Positions 45,075-54,918 of a stretch of 64,000 nucleotides of DNA are shown here, one piece after another. The notes under the pieces were generated by a model. It did not search any database, had not been told where the DNA came from, and worked only from the letters and a program-made list of their open reading frames with translations. The DNA lies in assembly GCA_035299385.1 (NCBI GenBank), contig DATGWQ010000075.1, forward strand, positions 11,633-75,632, in the 5' to 3' direction. Position numbers and translations under genes: made by a program. The stretch comes from Bacteroidales bacterium. Its GTDB lineage: Bacteria > Bacteroidota > Bacteroidia > Bacteroidales > VadinHA17. The first letter of the stretch is position 1. Each line of letters opens with the position of its first letter.

Positions 45075-45638
45075 TCACATCATACCCGGACGTTTATTCT
45101 TCTCAGAAAGCTCTACAATTTTCACGATGCGTCTCTGTCTTGTCTCAGGCCTTTTTGCACTCCGGAGCCAGAAAAGGTACATCCTCCTTCCTGAAAGTGA
45201 AAAGTTCATGAAATTGTCGTATGCTTTCCTGTTCTTTTTAAGAGACCCGAGAAGGTCTTCCGGGACAACCGGCTCATCATCATCTTTGTTGTCGTACACA
45301 ATAGAAGGATCGGCTAGGGCTCTTTCGTACTCTCTTAAACCTGCAGGTTGCATCAGCCCCTGTTCGATCAACTTCTTCGCCCTTTGCAGGTTCAGCTTCG
45401 ACCAGAGGCTCCTTTTCCTTCTTGGGGTAAAGTGCTGGATATAATAATCTTCATTCACGCTTTTCAGCTTGCTGTCTATCCACCCGAAACAGAGTGCCTC
45501 CTCCACTGCATCATCGTATTTAATCCTTGGCTTGCCCGATTTGGGCTTGTAGTAAATAACCCATATGCCATCTGAGCCGGAATGATTTTCTTCAAGCCAT
45601 TTTCTCCATTCCTCCCTTGTGGCAAAATACAGTTCCAT
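45075..45638 (-). CDS. YdeI/OmpD-associated family protein
   Basis: 187-aa ORF. FATREEWRKWLEENH..GIWVIYYKPKSGKPRIKYDDAVEEALCFGWIDS.. is characteristic of this family. Confidence 0.7.
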   Translation of the reverse strand: MELYFATREEWRKWLEENHSGSDGIWVIYYKPKSGKPRIKYDDAVEEALCFGWIDSKLKSVNEDYYIQHFTPRRKRSLWSKLNLQRAKKLIEQGLMQPAGLREYERALADPSIVYDNKDDDEPVVPEDLLGSLKKNRKAYDNFMNFSLSGRRMYLFWLRSAKRPETRQRRIVKIVELSEKNKRPGMM

Positions 45639-45775
45639 ATTTGTTTATCAGTTAATGTCATGATAAAATTATATAAAACTCATCATTTTATAAATATAAA
45701 GATTCTGCTCTTTATTTGCTATCTTTAAGGCCTGTTCGCCAGATCCGAATCACTTAAAACTCAATAAGTAAGGCA

Positions 45776-46792
45776 ATGAAAATTGAAGAAAATGTTTCAT
45801 TGAAAAACTATAATACTTTCCATCTGGAATATATTGCTGACTGTATAATCCACCTTTTCACGGAAAAAGCGACGACTGACCTGTTCAGAAAGGATCACAG
45901 GTGGAAAGAGCCGATGTTCATCCTTGGAAGCGGCAGCAATTTGTTGTTCAGGGGAGATTTCAGGGGTACAATTTTACATCCCCGGTTCGGAGGCATTGAG
46001 ATCGAATCAGAAAATAATGATCATGTTGTAATTTCAGCAGGTGCCGGCATAAACTGGGATGATCTTGTGGAATGGACTGTCGAAAATGGGCTCAGCGGTC
46101 TTGAAAACCTGTCACTCATTCCCGGATGTGTCGGAGCCAGCCCGGTTCAGAATATAGGAGCCTACGGGAGGGAAGTAAGGGAAAGCATAGAAAAAGTGGA
46201 GGCAGTCAGCATAAGCGATGGCACGTTCACCGTTTTCAGTAATCCCGAATGCGAATTCAGGTACCGTTACAGCATATTCAAGGGCAGAGAAAAAGGAAGA
46301 TACCTTGTTACCAGGGTTTATTTCAGGTTAAGCAGGAAGCCGGACCTGATGCTTGATTACGGGATGCTGAAGGATGAAGTGAAAAGGCTCGGAGCTGAAT
46401 CTGTCCATAATGTCAGGAAAGCGGTGATCAATATCAGGAGAAACAAACTTCCGGATCCCGATCAGACAGGGAATGCCGGCAGCTTTTTCAAGAATCCCGT
46501 CATTCCTGAAAAGCAAGCCCTCGAAATCAAAAGGAATTACGCGATGATGCCTGCTTTCCTTGAGAGTGAAGGAATGATAAAAGTGCCTGCTGCATGGCTC
46601 ATAGAGCAGTGCGGATGGAAAGGGAAAAGAGTCGGGAATGCCGGGGTGCATGAAAAACATGCCCTCATACTCATAAACCTTGGGAATGCAACAGGAGATG
46701 ATATTTTCCTGCTCTCGGAGGAAATAAGAAAATCAGTAAAGGAAAAATTCGATATCGGGCTCGAAAGAGAAGTTGAAGTTATCCCGAACTAA
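45776..46792 (+). CDS. murB: UDP-N-acetylenolpyruvoylglucosamine reductase
   Basis: 338-aa ORF. LKNYNTFHL, ILGSGSNLLF, PGCVGASPVQNIGAYG, GNAGSFFKNP and HALILINLGNATG are MurB type II features. Confidence 0.9.
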   Translation: MKIEENVSLKNYNTFHLEYIADCIIHLFTEKATTDLFRKDHRWKEPMFILGSGSNLLFRGDFRGTILHPRFGGIEIESENNDHVVISAGAGINWDDLVEWTVENGLSGLENLSLIPGCVGASPVQNIGAYGREVRESIEKVEAVSISDGTFTVFSNPECEFRYRYSIFKGREKGRYLVTRVYFRLSRKPDLMLDYGMLKDEVKRLGAESVHNVRKAVINIRRNKLPDPDQTGNAGSFFKNPVIPEKQALEIKRNYAMMPAFLESEGMIKVPAAWLIEQCGWKGKRVGNAGVHEKHALILINLGNATGDDIFLLSEEIRKSVKEKFDIGLEREVEVIPN

Positions 46793-47814
46793 TCAAAGAT
46801 CTTTCTCCTGTTCAGCTCTGCCTGGTACTGTGCTGCATAACGGTTATGCTCGCTGAGAGTCCTGGAAAAGTTGTGATATCCTGAAAAATCAGCCTTCGCT
46901 GCAAAATAAAGATAATCGTTATTCTCAGCATTCAGTACGGCCTCGATGCCCTGTATCGAAGGACACCCGACAGGTCCGGGGGGTAGACCTTTATATTTAT
47001 ACGTATTATAAGGTGACTCGACAACAAGGTGCTTCCTGAGCACCCGGGTGATCGTAAAATCATTCAACGCAAACTTAATGGTGGGACATGACTGAAGAAG
47101 CATTCCCCTTTTCAGCCTGTTGAGGTATACACCTGCAATGCGTGGCTTCTCGTCCCCTTTGGCAACTTCATCGTCCACTATTGAGGCGAGTATTGAAACA
47201 TCGAGGGGGGTCAATCCCTTTGCTTTTGCACGTGCGATCCTGTCCTGGTTCCAGAAATTATGATACTCCTTCAGCATCCGTGAATAGAAGCCCTTTGCAT
47301 CTGTATTCCAGAAAATCTGGTAAGTGTTAGGCAAGAAAACCGAAATTATTGTTGCCCGGTTGAAGCCATCGGAAGCATAGTTTCTTTCATCATTGAAAAA
47401 AGCCATCAGGCTTGAAGAATCACCTTCAATCCTTCCGCCCAATCTTCCTGCAAGCTGGGCAAGCGTTCGTATGTTATTGAATGTGACATTTACGGGTTTT
47501 TGCCTGCCTGCCCTCAGCATATCGATGAGCCCTGAATAGTTCACACCCGGATCGATCATGTATCTCCCCGCTTTTACATGCTGCGGATAACCTTTCCTGT
47601 CCGCAATCCAGTCAAAAACCTTCTGGTTCTCTATTCTCGTGACTGTATTAATGCTGTCTATAACATCCTGGTATGTCGAGCCGGTAGGAATAAGAAGAAC
47701 CTTGCTCTCGTCCCCGGTGTTAAGCCTGAGCCCTGAATAGCCCTTCCACATAAAGAAGAGAGCTATCAACAGCAGTGATGCTGCAGCTGCAAGTATGATT
47801 CTTCCTTTTTTCAT
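46789..47814 (-). CDS. mltG: Endolytic murein transglycosylase MltG (YceG-like)
   Basis: 341-aa ORF. N-terminal TM anchor. ILASIVDDEV, GVYLNRLKRGMLLQSCPT and SPYNTYKYKGLPPGPVGCPS match the YceG family. It overlaps the convergent murB end by 4 nt. Confidence 0.85.
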   Translation of the reverse strand: MKKGRIILAAAASLLLIALFFMWKGYSGLRLNTGDESKVLLIPTGSTYQDVIDSINTVTRIENQKVFDWIADRKGYPQHVKAGRYMIDPGVNYSGLIDMLRAGRQKPVNVTFNNIRTLAQLAGRLGGRIEGDSSSLMAFFNDERNYASDGFNRATIISVFLPNTYQIFWNTDAKGFYSRMLKEYHNFWNQDRIARAKAKGLTPLDVSILASIVDDEVAKGDEKPRIAGVYLNRLKRGMLLQSCPTIKFALNDFTITRVLRKHLVVESPYNTYKYKGLPPGPVGCPSIQGIEAVLNAENNDYLYFAAKADFSGYHNFSRTLSEHNRYAAQYQAELNRRKIFD

Positions 47815-47872
47815 TCTGAATCAGCAGGAGGCAAATGTAGGCAATTATTCATATAGTTTCTTAAATTTGCTT

Positions 47873-48262
47873 ATGACAGTTAATATGAAGGATATGACGA
47901 CAGCAACATTGCTTATACTTGTGGGGATAGGCGTACTTACCGGATTTTTTGCAGGAATGCTTGGCATCGGGGGAGCAATAATAATGGTTCCTGCCCTCGT
48001 ATTCATACTTGGGCTGACTCAGCAGAATGCACAGGGCACAAGCATTGCCGTAATGTTGCCCCCGATAGGCATAATCGCAGCATTGAATTATTACAAACAG
48101 GGCCAGGTGAATCTCAAATTCGCTTTGATCCTGGCTGTCTTCTTTATTGCAGGGTCATATTTCGGGTCAAAGTTTGCCCTTTCCGTCCCTGAAAACATGC
48201 TGAAAAAGATCTTCGGAGTGCTACTTCTGGCCGTTGCACTAAAGATGCTTCTCTCCAAATAA
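47873..48262 (+). CDS. Small TauE/SafE (DUF81)-type membrane protein
   Basis: The ORF opens at 47795 and overlaps the mltG start. The internal start MTVNMKDMTT (47873) is preferred. GVLTGFFAGMLGIGGAIIMVPALVF is the TauE-family signature. 4 TM helices. Confidence 0.6.
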   Translation: MTVNMKDMTTATLLILVGIGVLTGFFAGMLGIGGAIIMVPALVFILGLTQQNAQGTSIAVMLPPIGIIAALNYYKQGQVNLKFALILAVFFIAGSYFGSKFALSVPENMLKKIFGVLLLAVALKMLLSK

Positions 48263-48270
48263 TAAAATAA

Positions 48271-48330
48271 CACAGAGAATGAACAGGGGCTCTGTGATCC
48301 ACTGTGCACCTCTGTGTAACTATGTGTAAC
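48271..48330. repeat. CACAGAG/CTCTGTG-family hairpin patch between convergent genes (terminator candidate)
   Basis: CACAGAG aatgaacagggg CTCTGTG atccactgtgcac CTCTGTGTAAC tatgtgtaac. Shares the CTCTGTGTAAC end with the 25836-25919 element. Confidence 0.55.
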
Positions 48331-48338
48331 TGGTTTCC

Positions 48339-48956
48339 TCAGAACATTATCCCGAGACTCAGCGAGATCGAGGGCTGCCGGTTATCGAGCCTGAATGTCT
48401 GGCTGCCTATATTTACAGAGTTGCCGAATTCCTTGGCAAGGCTGCCGTTATACCTGGCGTCAATTGTAAGGGTATTAAGTATATCCACACCAATACCAGC
48501 CTGGTAGCCAAATGTCGTCCCCCTGTAAAGATCATTGAAGCTGGGATCATTGACAAGAGCCTTCGGTGACCCGATCGGAACAGTAGCCGACGGACCTGCA
48601 TTGAGTCTCAGCGGACCAAGCTTCAACCCAACCAGAACCGGAATTTCCAGCCTGTTGAATTTCTGGGTTTTGACAACATCAGCGACACCTGTTGTCTGAA
48701 TCTTGTAATCATAAGAGTTTGAACCAAAAACTGCTTCTGGCTGGAGATAAACAGGACCTATCCCTGCCCTGATAAAAATGCCTGCGTGAAAACCCCACGC
48801 TGCTGTCTTAAGAGAGCTGATCGATGTCGTTCCGGTGGTTGCGTTGTATTTCGGTACCGTCGTAGTCGAGGCGCCAGCCTTAATTCCGAACTTTACCTGC
48901 GAAAATGCCGGAATCACCAACATCACAGCAAATAGTACTGCAAATAACTTTTTCAT
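48339..48956 (-). CDS. Small outer-membrane beta-barrel protein (OmpW/PorT-like porin family)
   Basis: The ORF opens at 48995; the start MKKLFAVLFAVMLVIPAFSQ (48956) gives a clean signal peptide. Alternating strands, with the C-terminal ..SLSLGIMF ending in Phe. Confidence 0.65.
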   Translation of the reverse strand: MKKLFAVLFAVMLVIPAFSQVKFGIKAGASTTTVPKYNATTGTTSISSLKTAAWGFHAGIFIRAGIGPVYLQPEAVFGSNSYDYKIQTTGVADVVKTQKFNRLEIPVLVGLKLGPLRLNAGPSATVPIGSPKALVNDPSFNDLYRGTTFGYQAGIGVDILNTLTIDARYNGSLAKEFGNSVNIGSQTFRLDNRQPSISLSLGIMF

Positions 48957-49089
48957 GACTTTCATTATTAAAATTTTTGTTAAAACATTGACCATATTAA
49001 TGATCGGCGGTAATTAAACCCCATATTAATAACATAATTTTAAGCCAAAAGGTTGCACAAAACAGCATTTGCCATTACCCTGCCTGAGA

Positions 49090-49620
49090 TCATTTTTTCT
49101 CAAGCTCAGCAAAAATAACCTTCTTCATGCTGTCGAATTCAGTACGGTCAAACAGCCTCGTAACAAAAATGATCTTTCCCTTTCTGTCAACAATTACATT
49201 CCTGGTAACTCCAGCATCCTTCTGTGCATACAAACCGAATATGTCTGCGCCCGGATCAAGAGCAAGGGGGTAAGTGATCTTCATGTCTTTCTGAAACTTA
49301 AGGACCTTGTCAGCCGGCTCATCCCTGTCTATTCCCACAACTGCAAGTCCAGAATTCTTCTTTTCCTTCCATATCTCACTTTCTATGAAGGGCATCTCCT
49401 TGCGACACACACTGCACCAGCTCGCCGTGAACTGAAGCATTACCACCTTTCCCCGGAGCTCGGATAACCTGTAAGTTTTCCCTCCTGCTTCCTTTATGGT
49501 AAAATCCGGCGCCATATCACCGTGTTTCACAAGATAACCGTTCTCATAAACAGCCTTCCCCTGTCCAAATGCAAGGATCCCAATGAAAAACATCAACGCT
49601 GCAACAGAATATTTCCCCAT
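49090..49620 (-). CDS. TlpA-like thiol:disulfide oxidoreductase / redoxin
   Basis: 176-aa ORF, signal peptide, thioredoxin-fold CxxC (FTASWCSVCRKEMP). Confidence 0.8.
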   Translation of the reverse strand: MGKYSVAALMFFIGILAFGQGKAVYENGYLVKHGDMAPDFTIKEAGGKTYRLSELRGKVVMLQFTASWCSVCRKEMPFIESEIWKEKKNSGLAVVGIDRDEPADKVLKFQKDMKITYPLALDPGADIFGLYAQKDAGVTRNVIVDRKGKIIFVTRLFDRTEFDSMKKVIFAELEKK

Positions 49621-49717
49621 ACTATCTATTTTAATTTTTCAAATATATAACGCAGCATCCAATAACAAGAAATACTAACTTAGTAAATTCATTGCAAAAA
49701 CCGTACAATTTTCAATT

Positions 49718-51268
49718 GTGAAAAAGACATCGATAAACATCTTTTCATTACTGACCTTGTTTTCAGCTGTTATCTATGGACAGGAAACGTCTGAATTTAA
49801 AGGGTTTAAAACAATTAACGAATCGGTTATCAGGGCACAGCTAGAATTTCTTTCCTCCGACTGGATGGAAGGAAGAAGGGCCGGTGACAAGGGAGAGCTT
49901 CTCTCCTCTGATTATATAGCCAGTATGCTGAGGCTTTATGGGGTGAAGCCATGGGGAGATGACAAATCGTATTTCCAGAAATTCACACTTATAAAATCTA
50001 CTCCCGGAGCTGTTCAGCGCATGAAACTGACATCTGAAGATGAAAATACTACAAAGGAAAAGGAGTTTACTTACGGAGTTGATTTCAGCCTGTGGCCTCC
50101 TTACTCTGCAGAGATAAAAGCACCGGTCGTGTTCGCCGGATATGCCTTAATAAGTAAATATCCCGGGGCAAATGAGCTATCAGGTCTGGATGTAAGTGGA
50201 AAGTTCATCCTGAAGATAGCAGGTTTCCCCGCATGGGCATCAGGCAAGCTTTCACCGGAAGAAATGAAAGAAGCACGAGATGCACTTGACCGGTTTGCAA
50301 TGGAGAACGGAGCCGCCGGAATTATTGAATTCAATCCTACATTACCCGTTTTAAGAACCCCCGGCAGGGATCTGCGGGATCCTTCGCCTTCTGAAAGGAA
50401 CCCGCGGCCGGCGGATGTGTATTCGGAATATTCAATTGCTGGGAGTGAGCAGGAGCCTGATTTATTAAGGATAGTCGTCTCATCTTCCGTTGCAGAGGCA
50501 ATTCTTGAAGGCACAGAAGTAAATTACCGCGATTATATAAATAAAGCAGGAAAGAATGAAAAATACGTCATTCCTCCGCTTGAAAACAAATTGATAACCA
50601 TAAAGACACAGGTCGGCACATCGGCGGTCAATGTCAGGAACGTCCTGGGAATCATTGAAGGAAACAACACGAAAGAATTCATCGTGCTGGGCGCCCATTA
50701 CGATCATATGGGCAGCAATAATGGATATATCTGGAATGGCGCAGACGACAATGCTTCAGGCACAGTCGGTGTTATGACTCTGGCAAAAGCATTTATGGAA
50801 ACAGGAAAGAAGCCTGAGAAATCAATCGTCATTGCTCTATGGACAGCTGAAGAGGAAGGGCTGCTGGGTTCACGGTATTTTGTAGAGAGCTTTGACAAAT
50901 CATCTGGAAAAATAATTCTGAACGTGAATTTCGACATGATATCGAGATATGTCTCAGAGGAAGAAAAGAACAAGGCAGTAATGACTTATTCTTCATCACA
51001 GGCAGGTTTCCGCGAAATGACCGCGGGCAATCTCAAAAAGTACGGCATAGACCTGGATGTGAATTACCAGCCTTCTGATAATCCTCCCGGCGGATCTGAC
51101 CACAGGTCCTTTGTTGCAGCCGGAATACCGGTAATGAGGTTCAAACCAGGCCACAGGGAGGAATATCATACACCGGCTGATGAGATCAGTACCATCGACT
51201 GGGATATAATGGAAAAGATAATCAGAATAAGTTATGCAAATATCTGGCAATTAGCCAATAGCAAATAG
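49718..51268 (+). CDS. M28-family aminopeptidase with PA domain
   Basis: 516-aa ORF (GTG start in the track). Signal peptide. GAHYDHMG..GADDNASGTVGV, WTAEEEGLLGS, FDMIS and SDHRSF are M28 zinc-ligand motifs. Confidence 0.85.
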   Translation: MKKTSINIFSLLTLFSAVIYGQETSEFKGFKTINESVIRAQLEFLSSDWMEGRRAGDKGELLSSDYIASMLRLYGVKPWGDDKSYFQKFTLIKSTPGAVQRMKLTSEDENTTKEKEFTYGVDFSLWPPYSAEIKAPVVFAGYALISKYPGANELSGLDVSGKFILKIAGFPAWASGKLSPEEMKEARDALDRFAMENGAAGIIEFNPTLPVLRTPGRDLRDPSPSERNPRPADVYSEYSIAGSEQEPDLLRIVVSSSVAEAILEGTEVNYRDYINKAGKNEKYVIPPLENKLITIKTQVGTSAVNVRNVLGIIEGNNTKEFIVLGAHYDHMGSNNGYIWNGADDNASGTVGVMTLAKAFMETGKKPEKSIVIALWTAEEEGLLGSRYFVESFDKSSGKIILNVNFDMISRYVSEEEKNKAVMTYSSSQAGFREMTAGNLKKYGIDLDVNYQPSDNPPGGSDHRSFVAAGIPVMRFKPGHREEYHTPADEISTIDWDIMEKIIRISYANIWQLANSK

Positions 51269-51289
51269 TTTAACTAAAAACAACGAAAT

Positions 51290-52183
51290 ATGAAATCACT
51301 TTATTCATTATTCTGTTTAGCGCTCCTTTTTGCGCTGATGCCTTCATTAAAGGCTCAGGACAAGCAGGGCAACAAGCTTAATGTAATTATTATCGGGGCG
51401 CACCCAGACGATCCCGATAAAGCTGCGGGAACCGCCTATAAATGGGCGCAGCTGGGATATAATGTTGAGATGGTTTCCCTCACGAATGGCGATGCAGGCC
51501 ATCAGTCGATCCCGCCTGACGAGCTTGCAAAGATTCGCAGGGAAGAAGCACGGCGGGCCGGCGAGGTGATCGGGGTAAAATATATCACCCTCGATAACCA
51601 TGACGGCCAGCTCATGCCAACATATGAGAACCGCCTCCAGGTGATCAGGCTTATCCGTGAACAGAAAGCTGACATTGTCATCTTCCCGCGTCCTTATGAT
51701 TATCACCCGGATCACAGGTATACCGGCGTGCTCGTCCTGGATGCAGCATACATGGTTACTGTACCGAGAATACTGCCGGAGGTTCCGTTCCTTGAAAAGA
51801 ACCCGATGTTTCTTTTTATGAGTGATGGATTTATACATCCCGAGCCCTTCAAGGCAGACGTGTGTGTACCAATTGATGATGTTATTGAGAAGAAGGTGGA
51901 CATGTATCACCAGCATACATCGCAAATGTATGAATGGCTTCCATTCAACAGGGGTGAGCTTGACAAGGTGCCAAAAACAGATGCTGAAAGACGGGCATGG
52001 CTTGGAAAAACGAGAGTTATCGGTTCAGGCGCTGAGCCTTACAGGGCAAAGCTTATCGAAATGTTCGGAAAGGAGAAAGGCTCAAAAATTAAATATTGTG
52101 AGGCTTACCAGGATTCCGGTTACGGAACAAAGCTCACAAAGGATAACCTGTATTACTATTTCCCTTTCCTGAAAAATCAATAG
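51290..52183 (+). CDS. PIG-L/LmbE-family N-acetylglucosaminyl deacetylase
   Basis: 297-aa ORF, signal peptide. IIIGAHPDDPD and YDYHPDHRYTG are zinc-binding motifs of the PIG-L family. Confidence 0.8.
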   Translation: MKSLYSLFCLALLFALMPSLKAQDKQGNKLNVIIIGAHPDDPDKAAGTAYKWAQLGYNVEMVSLTNGDAGHQSIPPDELAKIRREEARRAGEVIGVKYITLDNHDGQLMPTYENRLQVIRLIREQKADIVIFPRPYDYHPDHRYTGVLVLDAAYMVTVPRILPEVPFLEKNPMFLFMSDGFIHPEPFKADVCVPIDDVIEKKVDMYHQHTSQMYEWLPFNRGELDKVPKTDAERRAWLGKTRVIGSGAEPYRAKLIEMFGKEKGSKIKYCEAYQDSGYGTKLTKDNLYYYFPFLKNQ

Positions 52184-52245
52184 GTTCGTCAGGCTCCCTA
52201 TGGCATGAATTTTGAGTTGTTGAAAGGGTATAAAACCCTTCTGCA

Positions 52246-52764
52246 ATGAAAAATTTATATTATATACTCTCAGTCTTTTCAATACTGCTCATCAGTTCAT
52301 GTTCAGTATCCAGGGAAGCTGGTGAAAGTCAGCTTGATGAAGCTGTTGTAAGACAGGCCATCGAATCACGACGATTTATAGTAAAGCTCGACAGGCTCTA
52401 TACATATGGCGGCATGATGTTCCTTCGGCCAAGGGCGAACTATATCATAGTTGATGGTGAGAAGGCCATAATTAGCACGGCATATGTCGGCAGGCAATAT
52501 GACATCAGGCCCATCGCCGGCATAAACATGCATGGCCTTACAAGCGATTACAGGATCACAGGCAGGGAATCACGCGGCACTTATGAAATAAGCATGAAAG
52601 TGGGGAACCAGGCAAGTTCGTTCGACATATACCTCACTGTCGGCAAGACGGGTTCAGTAAGCGCATCAGTAAACAGCATCAGGATAGAAAGCGCCAGGTA
52701 CTCGGGTTACATAGTTCCGATCGGGGAACGGCCGGAGAATAGTGAGCCAGGTGAGTTGATCTAG
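52246..52764 (+). CDS. Hypothetical lipoprotein (possibly DUF4251-like)
   Basis: 172-aa ORF, lipobox LLISSCS. The family assignment is from memory of similar Bacteroidota lipoproteins and is unverified. Confidence 0.45.
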   Translation: MKNLYYILSVFSILLISSCSVSREAGESQLDEAVVRQAIESRRFIVKLDRLYTYGGMMFLRPRANYIIVDGEKAIISTAYVGRQYDIRPIAGINMHGLTSDYRITGRESRGTYEISMKVGNQASSFDIYLTVGKTGSVSASVNSIRIESARYSGYIVPIGERPENSEPGELI

Positions 52765-52777
52765 TAAGTAGGACAGA

Positions 52778-52850
52778 TTTTGCGACTGGGCGATTGTGCG
52801 ACTTTGCGACCGTGCGGCTTTGAAACTTTGCGGCTGTGCGTCTTTGCTTG
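52778..52850 (+). repeat. Tandem array, about 9 units of an 8-nt repeat (TTTGCGAC consensus)
   Basis: tttgcgac tgggcgat tgtgcgac tttgcgac cgtgcggc tttgaaac tttgcggc tgtgcgtc tttgcttg. Lies between convergent genes. Confidence 0.75.
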
Positions 52851-52857
52851 AAATTCA

Positions 52858-53223
52858 CTATTGATAATCCAGGTACTGGCTGTTCCTGCTCAGCTCCAGG
52901 AAATCATTGCCCGCCTCCCTGTATCCATACTCAAAACAATAGTGGAATCTTTGTCCGGTGCTCGTTTCGATCACGTGGGTGAAGAAGCTGAAGTTATACC
53001 CCAGGGCAAACAAGGCATCTTTATGCACTTTCGTCCTGCCGTCGGTATAAAGATCTGAAAGTATCCTCCTGTTCTTCCTGAGGAGGCCGTGCACGTTCCT
53101 GACGAAATTGTTCGAATCACGGTTAAGCCTGTTATTGTAATTGTTCCTGCACTGGTCGGAGCAGAATTTCTTGTCGGTTCTACCGTGAATCACATCACCG
53201 CAATCGAGACATTTCCTTTCCAA
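52858..53223 (-). CDS. Hypothetical zinc-ribbon protein
   Basis: 121-aa ORF. N-terminal CLDCGDVIHGRTDKKFCSDQCRNNYNN (CxxC..CxxxC). Confidence 0.5.
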   Translation of the reverse strand: MERKCLDCGDVIHGRTDKKFCSDQCRNNYNNRLNRDSNNFVRNVHGLLRKNRRILSDLYTDGRTKVHKDALFALGYNFSFFTHVIETSTGQRFHYCFEYGYREAGNDFLELSRNSQYLDYQ

Positions 53224-53388
53224 AGCACTTAAACTTTCTATAAAGATATAAAAATAAGATTGACATAACAGGTCTATTTTATATCATATTATATTGATTC
53301 TTAATATAAAAACCGCTTACAAACGGATACAACCGGTTACAAAACGTGTATAAATGATTAACAACCGATACAGGCAGTGGAGGGGGTG

Positions 53389-53396
53389 TAAGTTTG
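53389..53396 (+). promoter_or_regulatory. Bacteroidota -7 promoter box candidate (TAAGTTTG = TAnnTTTG) upstream of ssb
   Basis: Exact match to the TAnnTTTG consensus, 14 to 47 nt upstream of the candidate ssb starts. No clear -33 TTTG seen. Confidence 0.3.
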
Positions 53397-53409
53397 TCTC
53401 ATAAACCAG

Positions 53410-53796
53410 ATGTCAAACTTAAAACTTAAAGACATGAGCACAATGAAAAACAGGGTTACACTGATCGGAAACCTCGGAGTTGATCCGGAAATCAGAACGA
53501 CTGAAAACGGCAAGAAAGTGGTTCACTTCACCCTTGCAACCAAAGACGGGTTTAAAAACGCCGAAGGGCAGAAGGTAACCGAAACAACATGGCACAATAT
53601 TGTGGCATGGAACGGACTGGCAGAAACAGCTACAAAGTTCCTTAAGAAAGGAAATGAAGTTGCTGTCGAGGGCAGGATCGTATACCGCACTTATGAAGAT
53701 AAGAAGGGTGTTACGAAACAGTCAACTGATATCGTCCTCAGCGATCTCGCGCTTCTCAGGAACGGTAAAACTGAAACTGAAAGCCCCAAAAAGTAG
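53410..53796 (+). CDS. ssb: Single-stranded DNA-binding protein
   Basis: OB-fold signature NRVTLIGNLGVDPEIRTTENGKKVVHFTLAT..TTWHNIVAW. The true start may be an internal ATG (53434 or 53443). Confidence 0.85.
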   Translation: MSNLKLKDMSTMKNRVTLIGNLGVDPEIRTTENGKKVVHFTLATKDGFKNAEGQKVTETTWHNIVAWNGLAETATKFLKKGNEVAVEGRIVYRTYEDKKGVTKQSTDIVLSDLALLRNGKTETESPKK

Positions 53797-53829
53797 CCGG
53801 CCGGACCGCGCTGCATTTTCCCGTGCGGA

Positions 53830-53858
53830 GGGCTGCCGTTAAAGGCGGCCCTTTTTAT
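53830..53858 (+). terminator. Rho-independent terminator after ssb
   Basis: GGGCTGCC gttaaa GGCGGCCC (8-bp stem with one G-U pair), followed by TTTTTATTATT. Confidence 0.7.
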
Positions 53859-53920
53859 TATTAATAGTTCAGGGTTTACCGGAGATTGATATCTTTATTC
53901 CCTGAATTTACCTGACCGAA

Positions 53921-54916
53921 ATGAAGAAGACCATTCTTGTAACACTGACTGCTTTATTTTGCATTTATACTGTTTGTTCACAAAATATTATACGCGCTAA
54001 GCCTATAACCGAGATATTTGCTGATTTTCATTATTTTCCTGATAATGATTCTTCCACAACCACCGGATTTGCCGTGAACAGAGCTTATCTTGGCTGCAAC
54101 TTCACAACTGACACAAGGTTTACGGGCAGTGTCATTGTCAATGTTGCAAATCCATCTGAGCTTGCTCCCGGTGCGAAGTCGAGGAGGGTTGCCTATTTCA
54201 GGGAAGCATCAGTCACCTGGAACGGAGACAGGCTTACGCTATCAGGGGGAATGACTACAACAAAAGGTACGATCTTCCAGCAGAGGTTTATAGGGAAAAG
54301 ATATGTTGCGGAAAACTTCGAGGCGCTCGACGGATATATAAGTGTCGCTGACCTTGGGTTCACGGTAGAGTATAAGATCAATGACCGTCTGAAAGCGGAT
54401 ATGAGCCTGATGAACGGGGAAGGATACTCCGAGCTTCATCTTGACAACAGCATAAGGGGTTCAGTCGGTTTAACAATAGTACCTCTGAAAAATACGGTGA
54501 TCAGGTTGTATGGAGATATGGATCGCCCGGGAGGGATCCGGCAAAACATGCTTCTGTGCTTTATCGGTTATAAAAACAACAGGGTAAACCTTGCAGCGGA
54601 AGTGGCCGGCAGGACCAGCCTGGACAAAATTCCCGGACATAATGCATGGGGATTTTCTTCAACATGCAGTGTGAAAATCTTCGAAAAGACAGAATTATTC
54701 GGAAGGTTTGATCATACGGCCTCGAAAACTGTACCAAATGAAGATCTTCCATGGAACTACGACAGCGACAGGCAGTTTGCTGTAACAGGAATACAATACT
54801 CATTCACCGATGCCTTCAGGATAGCGCTGGATTACCAGGGAATATTTCCTTCATCCCCGGAATTTCCTTATCAGCATGGAATTTATCTTAATGCCCATTT
54901 CAGGCTGCTGGACTGA
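53921..54916 (+). CDS. Putative outer-membrane beta-barrel (porin-like) protein
   Basis: 331-aa ORF, signal peptide, alternating amphipathic strands, near-terminal ..GIYLNAHFRLL. Confidence 0.45.
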   Translation: MKKTILVTLTALFCIYTVCSQNIIRAKPITEIFADFHYFPDNDSSTTTGFAVNRAYLGCNFTTDTRFTGSVIVNVANPSELAPGAKSRRVAYFREASVTWNGDRLTLSGGMTTTKGTIFQQRFIGKRYVAENFEALDGYISVADLGFTVEYKINDRLKADMSLMNGEGYSELHLDNSIRGSVGLTIVPLKNTVIRLYGDMDRPGGIRQNMLLCFIGYKNNRVNLAAEVAGRTSLDKIPGHNAWGFSSTCSVKIFEKTELFGRFDHTASKTVPNEDLPWNYDSDRQFAVTGIQYSFTDAFRIALDYQGIFPSSPEFPYQHGIYLNAHFRLLD

Positions 54917-54918
54917 AA

